Shown here in pieces: positions 19,114-30,664 of a stretch of 64,000 nt of DNA. The notes under the pieces were generated by a model, which searched no databases, was not told the origin of the DNA, and worked only from the letters and a program-made list of their open reading frames with translations. A program made the translations under genes and the position numbers. The DNA is taken from positions 38,153-102,152 of IMG/VR virus record IMGVR_UViG_3300044698_000419; one strand, written 5' to 3'. Positions within the stretch are counted from its first letter, which is position 1. Each line of letters opens with the position of its first letter. The stretch is from a virus.

Positions 19114-19574
19114 CGCCAGTTCTTGCGGGCCTCGTTGACGACCTCCTCGGCGTCGGCCAGCGCGGCGGCCAGCCGGTACACCGAGCCCATCCCGGGGGTG
19201 CTGAGCGAGCTGATCCCCAGCAGGCCGCGCACCCGGGAGTAGGCGGCCGTCACCGAGAAGCATCCCGGACTCCGGGTGCACGGCCGGTGCGTGCCCCGGT
19301 CGAGCTGGCCCAGCTCCCGGCGCAGCTCCTCCCCGTACTTCAGCTTCCGGCGGGCCTTGCCCTCCGGCGTGGCGTACGCCTGAAGCACTTCGACGTGCGG
19401 GTGACCGGGGTCGACGACCCACCCCTCCCGCTCGACGTAGTCACGCATGGAGTCGACGTAGGAGGTGGCGATCTTCCGCATCACCGGATATGCGTCGTTC
19501 CACAGTCCGGCGATCTCGGCGGCGGCCTCCCCGGAGAGGGGGCTGTGATCCTGGACGACGGGCGCGGTGACCAC
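19110..19574 (-). CDS. Hypothetical protein; its stop codon lies in hammerhead 3 stem II
   Basis: Coding-like ORF. Confidence 0.65.
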   Translation of the reverse strand: MVTAPVVQDHSPLSGEAAAEIAGLWNDAYPVMRKIATSYVDSMRDYVEREGWVVDPGHPHVEVLQAYATPEGKARRKLKYGEELRRELGQLDRGTHRPCTRSPGCFSVTAAYSRVRGLLGISSLSTPGMGSVYRLAAALADAEEVVNEARKNWR

Positions 19575-21591
19575 GTCAGACCTCGCCGTGGTATTCGTAC
19601 GCCTTCGCGTTCTCCAGGGCGTCGTAGGCGTTCATCCCCGAGAGGATGCTCTCGTAGAAGCCGTCCTTGTTCTCGGTTCCGAGGAGCTTGAGGGTGGCGA
19701 CCAGCGCCTCGTTGAGGTGGTGGTAGGGGGTGCCGCCGTTGCGGCCGTCCTGTACCACCATGGGCAGTTCGTCGATCACGTTCCACTTGTAGAGCAGGTC
19801 GGCCAGCTCCTTGGCCGCTGCCAGCATGTGGATCTCCCGCATCGTGAGGTCTTCAGCCGTCTTCGCCATCGTCTCTTTCTCCTCTTCCGGTTTGTTCGGG
19901 GTTGTTCAGCGGTTGTCGCGTCGGATGATGAACATCGCGAACAGCGTGGTGATTGCGCGCAGGGCGTGCTCCATCAGGTCTTGCTCCTTCTTTTCCCGAG
20001 TTCGATGATCTCTTCGACCAGGTTCAGGCCGGTTCGCTCTCCTGCCGTTCCGGGCTTCATCGCCCGGCCCCACCGCGCCGCCTCGTAGAAGGCTTCCAGC
20101 GCCCTCCACTCGACCGTCACGGTGACCAGGCAGGTCCCCGTGCAGTCGGGCCGCGTGCAGTGCTTCCCGTGCTGCCCCGTGCGATCCGGGTACAACTCGT
20201 CCCGCTCGGGCGGCGGCGGGCAGGTGCAGGGCTCGCTCCCGATCCCCGTGCAGCACGTCCCGTCGCAGCCCCGGCATCCGTAGCTCACGACCCCGCCCTC
20301 TCCACGTCCCGCTCGCAGCGGGCGATGAGCGACGATCCGTTGCGGACCACGTCCATCAGGGCCGTGTCGTCGTGGGCGACCGGCTTCAGGTGGGCCGGGT
20401 CCCGGTCGGTGTAGCGGCCCAGCGTCTCCAGCAGGAAGATGAACCGCCACTGCGTCATGTCGGCGCCGACGCCGGTCTGTCTGCTCTCGCCGTTCTCGAT
20501 CATCTGGACCATGCGGGCGAACACGGCGGTCTCCTCGACCAGCCACCGCTCGAAGTCCTTCTGATCGTGGACGATGGGCGGCCTCATCGCCGGGTCTCCC
20601 GGATCTCCATCCCCGCCCTGCACTGGGGGTATCCGGGGCACGGCTCCATGACCGGCTTCATCGCCCGGTGCGGCGGCTTCCTGCCGGTGTCGTGGTGCGG
20701 GCAGACCAGGCGCGAGGGGTAGTACCCGTCGAAGTCCTTGTGGTCGGGGTCCAGCATGTTCAGCACGGTCTCGCTCAGCAGGATGACGTCCTGCGGTACG
20801 TCGCCGCGCTGCTTGACGGCGTGACGGAACGCGTCCCGCAGCCCCCGTACCGCCTCCCGCATTCCGGCCTCGGCGACCCGCTGCTGGTATGGCAGGATCA
20901 CGTCCTCCGGGAACACCGCGCGCAGGAAGTCGGCCACCTGGTCCGGCTTCGCCTTCCATCCCGGCGTGCGGATGGTGATCTCGTCCCACTCGTTGACGTC
21001 CTTCATGCCTTCTTCTCCTTCACGAAGATGTTGACCACGGCGCCGCTGTCGTGGACTCCGTCCCGGACGGGGGCGTACCGATTCGGCAGCGCGAAGTCGC
21101 CCTCGAAGTCGAAACGCTCCCGCAGGAGCAGAATCAGGTCCAGCTTCAGGAGGGAGACGTTGATCCGGTTGTCGCTCCGGATCGTCTCGCAGGCGTTGCA
21201 CCGGCCCATCAGGCGAGTCCCGAGACTGGGCCCCTTGTTCGTGCACCGCTCGCACTTGGACTCGGTGGGGGCCAGCTTGATGCGGCAGCTCCCGCCGGTA
21301 TGCGCCGTGACGGAGATCTTCACCCCGTCCGGGTCCCCGTAGCCGTTGTCGTCGATCCAGTCCCGCACCGTGGCGAGAAATGCGTTCACGTCCTCTTCTC
21401 CTTCCGCTCCCATCGCCCGTGCGACCAGCACCAGGCGGTTCCCTTGATCACCGGGCTGCCGGGCAGCCAGGTCTGGACGGTGTCCCGGTTTTCGATCCGG
21501 GGCCGTTCCGTGTAGTCCATCTCCTCGTGGATGCAGTCCTCGCCGGGCTCGGGGACCTCCCGGTTCAGGCGTTCCGTCGTGGTCTCTGCGG

Positions 21592-21927
21592 TCACAGCGC
21601 CGCCTTGGCAACCCGGATCATCCGGTCGAACGCCTCGGGGGTGATGAGTCCGGCGTTCGTCCACAACGCCGTGTTCCTGTCCATCGCCTCCGTCAGGATC
21701 TTGCGGGTCATGGCGATCTCGTCGCCGCTCTCGATGTCCCGCAGCGTCGTGCCGCCGATGTAGGTGTCGTACAGGTCGGCCCGGCGAACGAACTCGTCGA
21801 TCGTCTCGTCGTCGATCCGCCGGATCCCGGTGGCCCCGGTCAGGTACACGATCACGCTCAGCTCGGGGCTCATCGGATCCGGGACCGGAACCGTCTCGCC
21901 GTTGCTCTTCTCGAAGTACGCCCTCAC
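21592..21927 (-). CDS. Hypothetical protein, paralog of 29371..29724
   Basis: TIDEFVRRADLYDTYIG...WTN...AFDRM. Confidence 0.7.
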   Translation of the reverse strand: MRAYFEKSNGETVPVPDPMSPELSVIVYLTGATGIRRIDDETIDEFVRRADLYDTYIGGTTLRDIESGDEIAMTRKILTEAMDRNTALWTNAGLITPEAFDRMIRVAKAAL

Positions 21928-22397
21928 CCTTGCTCCCCTTTCCGTTCTCCTGCCACGGCGGCAGTACGGCAGACGCACGGACCTGAGCCCGTGCGCCGCC
22001 GAGCCGAAGCCGTCAGCCCTTCGCCTCACGTTCGGTGCGGGCACTCACCTTGAGAAGGCCCGCGAAGTGCCCTTTCAGTGCCTCTCCCATCGCGGTGTTG
22101 CACTCCAGGACCCTGCTGACCTTCTCGGAGAAGGCCCGGCGCTCCTCGACGGTCCGCATGGCGTACGCCGCTGCCGTCAGGCCGTCCGTGAGGTGTTCCT
22201 GGTAGCGCCTGATCACCATGTAGACGGCCCAGTCCCGGCTCCCGCCGTTGCAGATCAGTTCATCCGTGGTGGAGCCGGACCACTCGATCCAGCCGTCCCA
22301 GACCCCCGTCTGCGGGTCCCATTCCTGGACGTAGCCGATGCGGCCGGAGACCGGGAGCTGGATCTCGTTCGGGTCGGTGGACATCACCATCGCGGGG

Positions 22398-22940
22398 TCA
22401 CAGCTCCTGGGTTTCGTACGCGGCGTTCTCGGCGGCGTGGATCTGGTCCCCGAACGCCTTGCCGACCAGCCACGCGTCGTCGTACCGGTCGTTGAAGTAG
22501 TGGTCGGCCACCTGCGAGGCGAGGTGCACCGTGGCCGCCGTGAGCGAGCACCAGTTGAAGCCCCAGAAGGTACCGCCCTGGTGCGGCAGCAGCTTCTCGT
22601 TCGTGGTGTAGCCGAGCGAGCAGAAGGTGGTGGCGAACCGCTCGCACTGGTCCTTGGTGTCCACCTGATAGAAGGGCTTGGTGGTGATCTTCTTGCCGTT
22701 CCACGAACCGTTGTCGATGTGCAGGATCTGGCGCTTGCTGGTGTGGTCCTCCTGCGGGACCGGGAAGTCGGTCCCCGCCGGGTAGTACGTGAAGAGGCCG
22801 TTCAGCTCGGGCTCGATCGAGATCGCCAGGATCCAGCCGGTCTTACGGGTGCGGGACTTCTTGCTCTCCGGCATCTCCGCGTACGGCCACGCCGAGGTCT
22901 TCCGGATGCCCTTGGGGAGGGACTGAATGCGTGCGCCCAT
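22398..22940 (-). CDS. Hypothetical protein
   Basis: AAGGAG RBS, ATG 22940. Confidence 0.65.
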   Translation of the reverse strand: MGARIQSLPKGIRKTSAWPYAEMPESKKSRTRKTGWILAISIEPELNGLFTYYPAGTDFPVPQEDHTSKRQILHIDNGSWNGKKITTKPFYQVDTKDQCERFATTFCSLGYTTNEKLLPHQGGTFWGFNWCSLTAATVHLASQVADHYFNDRYDDAWLVGKAFGDQIHAAENAAYETQEL

Positions 22941-24916
22941 CGTGATCTTCTCCTTGTTCCAGGTCTCGTGCGGTACGTTCCATGTCGCCCCACCGGGAGA
23001 CGGCACGGGTCAGGGGTCCCGGACTGAAAGCGGTCCGAGGTGTGGACCAGGCCCGCTTCCAGCTCTGCTCGAACTCTTCGGCGAGCCGAGCAGCACGCTC
23101 TTCTCCGGCGTGCTGCTGTGCGCCATCCTCTTCAGGAGGGAGGAGAACTCCGCCTTCTCCTTCAGTGTCATCCGGTCCCAGGCGAGCATGTCTTCCGCGC
23201 GGCGGACCGATGCGCCCCACCGTTCGTCGAACTCCTCGCCCGGATCCGTCACGACCGCTGGGGGTGCTGCTTGGCACCGTCCCTCCGCTGCTCCAGACCC
23301 TTCTCGTGCTCGGGGTCGTCGCTCGTCTTCACTGCGTTCTCCTCGGCGGCTTGCTCCGGTCGGTGATGTCCCGCTCGGGCATCCTCCCCTCATCCTTCAC
23401 GGCCTGTCCTCCACCCGGACCGAGACGAACGTATCGAACGTCACCTCGGGGACCAGCTCGCCGTCGTCGGCCAGAACCTCCCAGTTGGCACGGTCCGTCA
23501 GCCTGGTGATGCGCCCCTGGTAGAAGGTGCCGTGATCCTCCCGGACGGCGACGCGCAGGATCTCGTTGCCCTTCAGACCGTCCCACAGGATCACCAGGGC
23601 CCGGCGGTTCACCGGACTGCGGAAGTCCTCGAACGCCTTGAGCTGCTGCGCGGCCCTTTCCAGCTCGTCCCGGAGCCGACCGATGTGCGTGCGTGCCATG
23701 TTCCGTTCCCCTTTCCGCTCCCGGTCTGAGAGCACTCCGCGAACGGCCGGTCTCCCGGCCGCCACGGGGCACCATCAGTTCTTGGTGTCTATCAGCAGTT
23801 CGATCGCGGTCATCATGACCCGCAGGGTGATGTCCTTCTGCTGCTCGGGCGTCCCGTACTCCTTCAGTACGCCCTGCTGCCGGGGCTTCAGCCCCTCCAT
23901 CGCGAACGCCCCGTCCAGGGCTTCCGCGTACGCGATGTGCTCGGGTTCGCCGTTCCGTGCGATGTCGTCTCCCTGTGCCCGGCGCACCCGGCACAGTTCG
24001 ATCCACTTCTCGGCGGCATCCACGATCCACATGTCCTCGGGGATCTTCACTTCGCGTACTCCTTCATCTCCGGGAAAGCGTCGGTGACCAAGTCCCGCAG
24101 CCATCCCCAGGCGTACTCGGTGCGCATCTCGCCGATGTCGTCGGCCCAGGTCGACAGGTTCGTCCCCCAGTAGGAGAACTGCTCCCGGTAGATCTTCAGG
24201 ATCTCCGCCTGCGTGAGACTGGCCGGAAGGTTCTCGGGGCGGTCGCTGTCCCGTTGGTCGTCCTCCGTCACCTCGTTGCGGAAGTACTCGCTCCCCAGCC
24301 CCCGCACCAGGTCGAAAACCTCCAGCTCCAGCCGGATCGACGTCACCACCCATGCGGCGGGGCGCTCGAATCCCGCACCGTCGGTCGACGTTCCTTTGTG
24401 AACCGTGATCTCTCGTGCCACGTTCTTCTCCTTCTTCGTCAGACCGAGTCCCGCATCCGGTACTTGTTGTCCTTGTCGGGCGTCTCGCCAGGCTCCAGGA
24501 TCCACAGGGCCTGGATGAACACCCGGCCCCCGCTGTAGAGGTCCAGAGCCAGGCCGTACCGCAGGCCCGTCTCCTTGGTCTCGCTGTACCGCCTCATCGT
24601 TCTCACGTGAGGACCGGCGGCCGACTGCCCGATCCAGGCCGCGATGGACGCCTCGACGTCCGCGCACACCAGTAGATCCGGCTCGGCCGGGACCGCTTCG
24701 GGATATGCCGCCGGAGGTCCGTCTCCGGCGAGCTGGCCGTCCTTCTGTATGGCCACCTGCCAGGCGATGCGGGCACCATGCCGTCCCGTCACGATGAACC
24801 CGTGCTCCACGCCTGATCCCGACTTACCCTCGGCAGGCTTGACCGATGCTCCCGGAATCTCCAATTCCCGGAACAGGGCCGGGAATTCACTGGCCTCCAC
24901 GCTTCTTTCCTCTCCT

Positions 24917-24955
24917 TGACCTAGGCCATCGTACAACGAAGGGGCCCGCCGTCAA
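24917..24955 (-). promoter_or_regulatory. Promoter (-35 TTGACG, 16 bp, -10 TACGAT) with abutting operator
   Basis: Operator TGACCTAGGCCA 24917-24928; -35 in the loop of a GC hairpin. Confidence 0.7.
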
Positions 24956-27900
24956 GCGGGCCCCGTGAGTCCGTTCCGTTCAGCAGGAACCCCGGTGGTT
25001 CCGACTCCGGCCACACCGGTTCCCGCCGCCGTCGAGCCCGTCGCACTGCTTCGACGGATCCTCCGGCAGGTCGGTCGACTTCAGCAGGACGTACCGCTCG
25101 TCGTCGACCGGCTGCCGGAACTCCAGCGGCTGCGTGAAGCAGTCCATCACGCGCGCCCGCCGGTACTTCCGGGCCTGCTCGACGGCCAGCCTCCCGAAGG
25201 ACTCGGCCGCCTTCGGGTCCATCCCGGTCCCGATCAGGATCCCGGCGTAGCCCGCCAGGATGCCCTCGTTGTCGTAGACCGTGAGTCCCGGCCCCTCTCC
25301 CAGTGAAACCGTCCAGCTCACTTCTCGTCCTCCCACCAGACGCGCAGGTCGCTGCCGTCCTTCAGTTCCGTGAGGATCCGTTCGGGGTAGTTGCCGCCCT
25401 CCGACAGGCAGTGCGCCACGCCTTCGGCCATCGCCGCCGCCCGCTCCAGCCCGATGCCCTCGCTGGCCATCAGGACCCCCATCAGGTGAGCCACCAGCGG
25501 CGCTTCGGCGTCGGTCCGGAAGGCGGGTCCCAGGTCCCTGGCCTTCACGTAGTAGAACCGGCCCGGGACGTCCCGGGCGCGCTCCCGCCAGACCAGCAGC
25601 TCTCCGATGCTGGCCAGCCTCATCCCCTGCGTCTGGTCGGACGGCAGTCCGTCGGCGAGGCGGAGCAGCGCGTCGGCCTTCTCCTGCACCGACACCGGCT
25701 CGTTGAATCCGGCGGCCAGCATGACGCCGACGACGACCGACTTGATCTCTTCGCGGCTCCCGGTCAGCACCCTGCCGTCGTTCACCGTGATCCCGTACCT
25801 CATGCCTGAACCTTTCCGTCGATCTTCTCGGCCAGCAGCCAGCGGCCCGGGGTGGGCAGTGCCGTGCGGTAGGAACCCCGCCCGGATAGGGCCTCCGCGA
25901 CCTTCCCGCGAATCACGGTGATCTCGACTTCGTCTTCCACCCCGTGCTCCCGGAAGACCGTCACGATCTGATCGGTCACCGGGATGACACCCTCGACCTC
26001 CCGGCCCGGGTGAAGCAGGTCGTCGGGAACTTCCTCGGTGGACTTCGGGGCCCTCGGGTTGCCCGCCAGGGCGTACGGCGGAGCCGGGTCCTGGAAGACC
26101 CAGAATCGGTACTTCATCTCTTCTTCGTCCCTTCCGGTTGACCACCAGGGCGCACGGACCAGAGTCCGTGCGCCCCAGAAGCGAACCGGCTCAGTCGACG
26201 TCGCGGCCGACCTTGCCCCAGTTCTCCCGGAGCCAGGTCAGCTCGGCGATCATCTGGTCCAGCTCGGCCCTGTCGAAGTCCAGGTTCAGCGTCCCGTCCT
26301 TGGCCTCCCAGGTCAGCGGCTCGCCGACCTTGAGAAAGTACAGGCTGTCCGAACTGTCCGACGCGTACAGGTCGGCGGAGTACCGGTCACCCGAGCCGTA
26401 CGGCCGCAGGTAGGTCCACCGGATCTTGGCCGGGCCGACGGGCCCCGTCGGCTTCACATTGCCCACAGCGTCGTGAATCGGCATGTGTTTTCTCCCTTCC
26501 CTCCGGTTACGAGAACCGGTGAACGATGCGGTTGGCGACCAGGATCTCGGCCGCGCCCTCACTTCCGGCGATCATGCGCACCCGGCACTTCTGCGGGTAC
26601 GGCAGCTTCTCCGTCTTGACCAGGAGTTCGTCCCAGGCGTCCGCCAGGCCGAGGTCTCCCAGGGACACGTCGTACAGGACCCCGGCGATGTAGTCGGGGT
26701 GGGCCAGTCCCGTCGAACCGTCCTTCACGACAACGAAGATGACCGGGTTGACGTCCGACCCCGACCAGATGACCGGGTAATGGATGCTCTGTTCGTCCCG
26801 CCCGTATACCTGGATTCCGCCCATGTTCAGCTCCGTCCCGGCCGGATGGCCAGCTTGTCGTGCTCGGCGAACGCGGCCTCGGCCTCGCTCCAGAACAGGT
26901 TGCGCTTGCTCTCGATGCGCAGCCACCGGCCGTCGAGCGAGGTGGCCCGCAGCAGGTGGACGGCGTAGGCGTCCGGGTCACCGTTGCGCTCGGGAGTCGT
27001 GTCGTACGTGATGACGTAGGCGAAGTAGCCCGGCGTCTGCGCCAGGACCAGGTTCGGCTGCCACCCCAGGAAGCTGCTCTTGATCACGGGCAGCTTCTCC
27101 ACGCGAGTCGGCGCTTCCTTGACCCTCAGTCCGTTCTCGCCCATCAGCTCATCCTCCCGGTGATCTGTTCCTTGCATTCGCGGATCAGCTTGCGTTCTGA
27201 GTCGCCGCTGTCCCGGCTCGGTCCCACGGTCAGCAGCCGCTGACCCCACCTGCCGTTCCCGTCGTGGACGATCCAGGCCATGCCCCAGTCCGCCTTGCCG
27301 GTCGGGTACTCCTGGTGCAGCAGCATCAGCACGTGCTCCGGGAACTTCCCGATCGTCTCGTTCTCGTGGTTCTCCTTGGGGGCCACGGTGACCAGCTCCA
27401 CCACGTTGCAGTCCCCGTACTGCGGGCGCTCCCACTCGATCAGAGGCATGTCACTCCCCGTCCCACGTGAAGGTGATCGCGGACCAGTCGGGCCCGGCGA
27501 AGTGGAAGCTGCCGGTCTTGAGTTCGTCGTTCTCCCAGGCCGCCTGGATCCACTCCCTGACGGCCTCCTTCAGGTGCTTGTGACAGGTGCCGGGGTCCTC
27601 GTCGCAGTCGTGGTTCTCGGCGTTGACGCAGCCGCCCTCGTTCCACCCCTCCATGCCGCTCGGGGTCCGGCCGGTGCGGTCCATCTCGCCCTCGACCGCC
27701 TCCCAGATCCCGTTCCAGTCGGGGGTGGAGAACTCCCGCGAGTCCTCCAGGTTGTTGCCCTGCCCGTACTGCTCGACCTTGATCTGGTGTCCCATCAGTC
27801 GTCCACCTCCTTCAGGTACACGAAGAGCGTGTTGCTCAGCTTCTCGCCGTCGGTGTCCTGACCGATGTGGTCGATCGCCCAGGTTCCGACCCTGGGACCC

Positions 27901-28872
27901 GGGGTGTTGAGCGTCGTGCCGACCTGCGGGACATAGTCGGCGCTGATCGACAGCTTCGAACTCGGCATCCTTCCCTGTCGGGGGAAGCACAGCACCAGCG
28001 TGAACATCGTTTCCTTCTCCTTCCCTCCGGTCCTTGCTGACCGGACTCCACGGGGCCCCTTCCGGGGCCCCGCAGGGCTCGTTCAGAACGGCGCCGTCGT
28101 CCGCCCGATGGCGAACTCGCAGTCCCTCTCCGTGTCGACATGCATACCGACCTCACGCAGGGAGCGGACCGCCTCCAGGGCGAGGTCCCGGACCTGCGCG
28201 CTGGTGAGGTCGTCCCGGTCGATCCGGCCGCTGGCCAGCTCGCCCCAGTCCACGCCCCGCATGAACTTCTCGGCACCGACCAGGTCGGTCAGGTCCCGGT
28301 CGACGGGGACCACCCGGACCGTGACGAAGTGCCAGTCTCCACCGTCGAAGGCGTTCAGGTCGGCCTCGGAGTAGCCCTCCAACTGCTGCGGAGTGACCGA
28401 GCCTTCCTCCTTCAGCTCGACCTTGAAGTCCAGGCTCCGGACTCCCCAGCGCTCACCCCGGACCGTCCACCAGTCCAGCATCACGCCTCGCTCCCCTCCG
28501 TCTTCGCCTCGTGCCGACGCCACCCGTTCTGGCACGCCTTCACGACCATCAGCCACGCCTTGCGCTCGATGTCCGGGTCATCCGGCGCGACCCACTCCTG
28601 CTCCGGGTCGACCGAGACCATCCCGTACTTGTCCAGGTCGGGAAGGAAGTAGAAGCCGCCCTTCAGCTTCTCCGCCACTTCCTTCTGGAACCACGGGTCC
28701 TCGACGTTCTCCCGCATGATCTTGTACATCTCGCCGATCCGCTGCGCGTATGCGGAGCGGTCCACCAATTCCCTGCTCAGCCTGATCACCGTCGTTCTCC
28801 CTTCCATCCTGCCGGTTCTGACACCGACTCCCCGGCGGCCGGACCGTGTGGCCCGGCCGCCGGAGGGCTGGA

Positions 28873-29346
28873 TCAGCGGTTGCTCGTGAACAGGAAGACC
28901 GAGTCCTCCCCGGTCGGAGCCGGTACCTGAATGAACTGCATCCCGATCGTCGGGGTCATGCCGTCGTCGGCGTAGCTGCCCCAGTCGAAGCGGTCGACGC
29001 CGCCCGCCGTGTCCAGCGCCCGGTACAGGGCACCGATCTCCCCGACCTCGTCACTGGCCGCGTAGTTCTCCAGGGTGTCGGCGACGGTCGACCCGGCCAG
29101 CAGGAAGTTCTCGTCCAGGTAGTCCTCGATCTCGTCGACCCTCACGTGATCCGACATCTGCCGGATGTGGGTCTCGGCGGCCAGCAGGTGCCACTTGCCG
29201 TACTGCTTGCCTCCCAGGAGTCCGGCGATCACGTCCACGGCCTCCTGGAAGTCCTCGTCCCCCTTGGCGGGTTCGTCGGCGTTCTCCTCGAAGGCCCCGT
29301 TCTCCAGACCCGTGATGATCTTGGCGATGACGTCCTTGAATTCCAT
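28873..29346 (-). CDS. Acidic ArdA-like antirestriction (DNA mimic) candidate
   Basis: Very D/E-rich; RFDWGSYADD and terminal VFLF resemble the ArdA C-terminus. Confidence 0.5.
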   Translation of the reverse strand: MEFKDVIAKIITGLENGAFEENADEPAKGDEDFQEAVDVIAGLLGGKQYGKWHLLAAETHIRQMSDHVRVDEIEDYLDENFLLAGSTVADTLENYAASDEVGEIGALYRALDTAGGVDRFDWGSYADDGMTPTIGMQFIQVPAPTGEDSVFLFTSNR

Positions 29347-29370
29347 GTTCTTCCCTCTCCTCGTTCCGTG

Positions 29371-29724
29371 CTACTTCTTGCTGTCGACGTGCTTCCAGTA
29401 CGCCTCGATCTCAGCCTTCATGAGCCGGTCGAACGCCGTCTTCGTGACCTTGCCCCAGTTCGTCCAGGCCCCCGGCAATAGCGTCTCGAAGTCCGCCCGG
29501 TGCAGAGTGACCGGCCCTTCCGGTCCCGTGAGGGCGGGTCCGATGTACCGCTGAAGCAGGTCCGCCCGACGTACGAACTCGTCCAGGGTCGACCGGTCCA
29601 GCTTCGGGATCCCGATCCCCATCTCGCCCAGCCGCACAAAGGCGTACTGTGCGTCACTCATGTCGGCCCCGTTCGGTTGAAGGGCCGTTCCGTCTTCCAG
29701 TGTGAAGCCATAGCGAACCGGCAT
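29371..29724 (-). CDS. Hypothetical protein downstream of hammerhead 4, paralog of 21592..21927
   Basis: TLDEFVRRADLLQRYIG...WTN...AFDRL. Confidence 0.7.
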   Translation of the reverse strand: MPVRYGFTLEDGTALQPNGADMSDAQYAFVRLGEMGIGIPKLDRSTLDEFVRRADLLQRYIGPALTGPEGPVTLHRADFETLLPGAWTNWGKVTKTAFDRLMKAEIEAYWKHVDSKK

Positions 29725-29743
29725 GTTCTTCTCCCTTTCCGTA

Positions 29744-29820
29744 CCGACTGGAATCGTCAGGGCGGTACCGTCCCGCCTACCGGGAGCCCTTCCCAGGGGC
29801 CCGGTTTCATCCGCTGTCAG
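29744..29820 (-). ncRNA. Type II hammerhead ribozyme 4 (variant, GUA cleavage triplet)
   Basis: CUGAC-agc-GGA-U-GAAA-CCGGG...CCCGG-UA^GGCGG/gacggua/CCGCC-CUGACGA-U-UCC-a-GUCGG; core intact but U.U at the base of stem II. Confidence 0.75.
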
Positions 29821-30155
29821 AACTCGTGCGGGTAGTCCGTGGGCATCGGGTCGTCGTCGCCGACGACCGCCACCCCGGACCGGGTGGCGACCAGAGCCGA
29901 GTGGTCCCGGTACTGCTCGGCGAGCAGCGCCCGCTCGTACTCCCCGGGGCGGAGCCCGAAGTCCGGCGTGGCCAGCTTCAGCTCGTCCTCGGTGAGGCCC
30001 ATCGCCTTGCGCAGCGACTCGTTGTAGGCCGCCGCATACTCCTTCGCCCGCTCCCCTCCCCGTTCGGTTCCGACGAACCGGTAGACCGTGTGCATCTCGC
30101 CGTACGATCCGGCGCGCACCACGAAGAATGTGGAGCCGTCCTGCCGTTCCTGCAT
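29817..30155 (-). CDS. Hypothetical protein; its stop codon lies in hammerhead 4 stem II
   Basis: GGAGGAG RBS; operator at 30202-30213 upstream. Confidence 0.7.
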   Translation of the reverse strand: MQERQDGSTFFVVRAGSYGEMHTVYRFVGTERGGERAKEYAAAYNESLRKAMGLTEDELKLATPDFGLRPGEYERALLAEQYRDHSALVATRSGVAVVGDDDPMPTDYPHEF

Positions 30156-30201
30156 GTCTCTCCTCCCGGGCCCCGGGTTCTCCGGGGCCCTCGTATCCTA
30201 C

Positions 30202-30213
30202 TGACCTAGGCCA
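30202..30213. promoter_or_regulatory. Operator palindrome
   Basis: TGACCTAGGCCA, intergenic. Confidence 0.7.
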
Positions 30214-30220
30214 TGCTCGT

Positions 30221-30664
30221 CTACCAGACGATGCCGCCGTAGACGATCACCTGAAGCAGCTCGTCGGAGATCCAGGCGTCCCACGAGAGGTAGCCGTGTT
30301 CCGGTTCGTCGATGAGCTTGTTGCAGTGGTCGACGGTCGTCCCGCTGACCGGCTTCACGCCCTCCGGCATCTTGTCCGGGTCGGTGAATCTGCCCTTCAG
30401 GATCCCGCTCACCGCCTCGACCACCTTCGCGTGGTCGATCTCGGTCACGAAGGGCGGGAACTTCCCGCTCTCGTCCACGTCATCCGGGTCTCCCGGGTTC
30501 AGCGACGTGATCCGCATCCGCCAGTCCTTCGGGACCGTCCCGTCGCCGGAGTCCGCGTGCTCGTTCGTCACGTCCTTCCACCAGAAGTACTGCGGCTCAC
30601 CCAGCGCACCCATCCCGTCGACCAGAGCGTTCGTGACCTCGTGGTCGTCCGCGTAGTGACCCAT
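30221..30664 (-). CDS. Conserved phage hypothetical protein
   Basis: C-terminal DA...DELLQVIVYGGIVW pattern. Confidence 0.7.
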   Translation of the reverse strand: MGHYADDHEVTNALVDGMGALGEPQYFWWKDVTNEHADSGDGTVPKDWRMRITSLNPGDPDDVDESGKFPPFVTEIDHAKVVEAVSGILKGRFTDPDKMPEGVKPVSGTTVDHCNKLIDEPEHGYLSWDAWISDELLQVIVYGGIVW

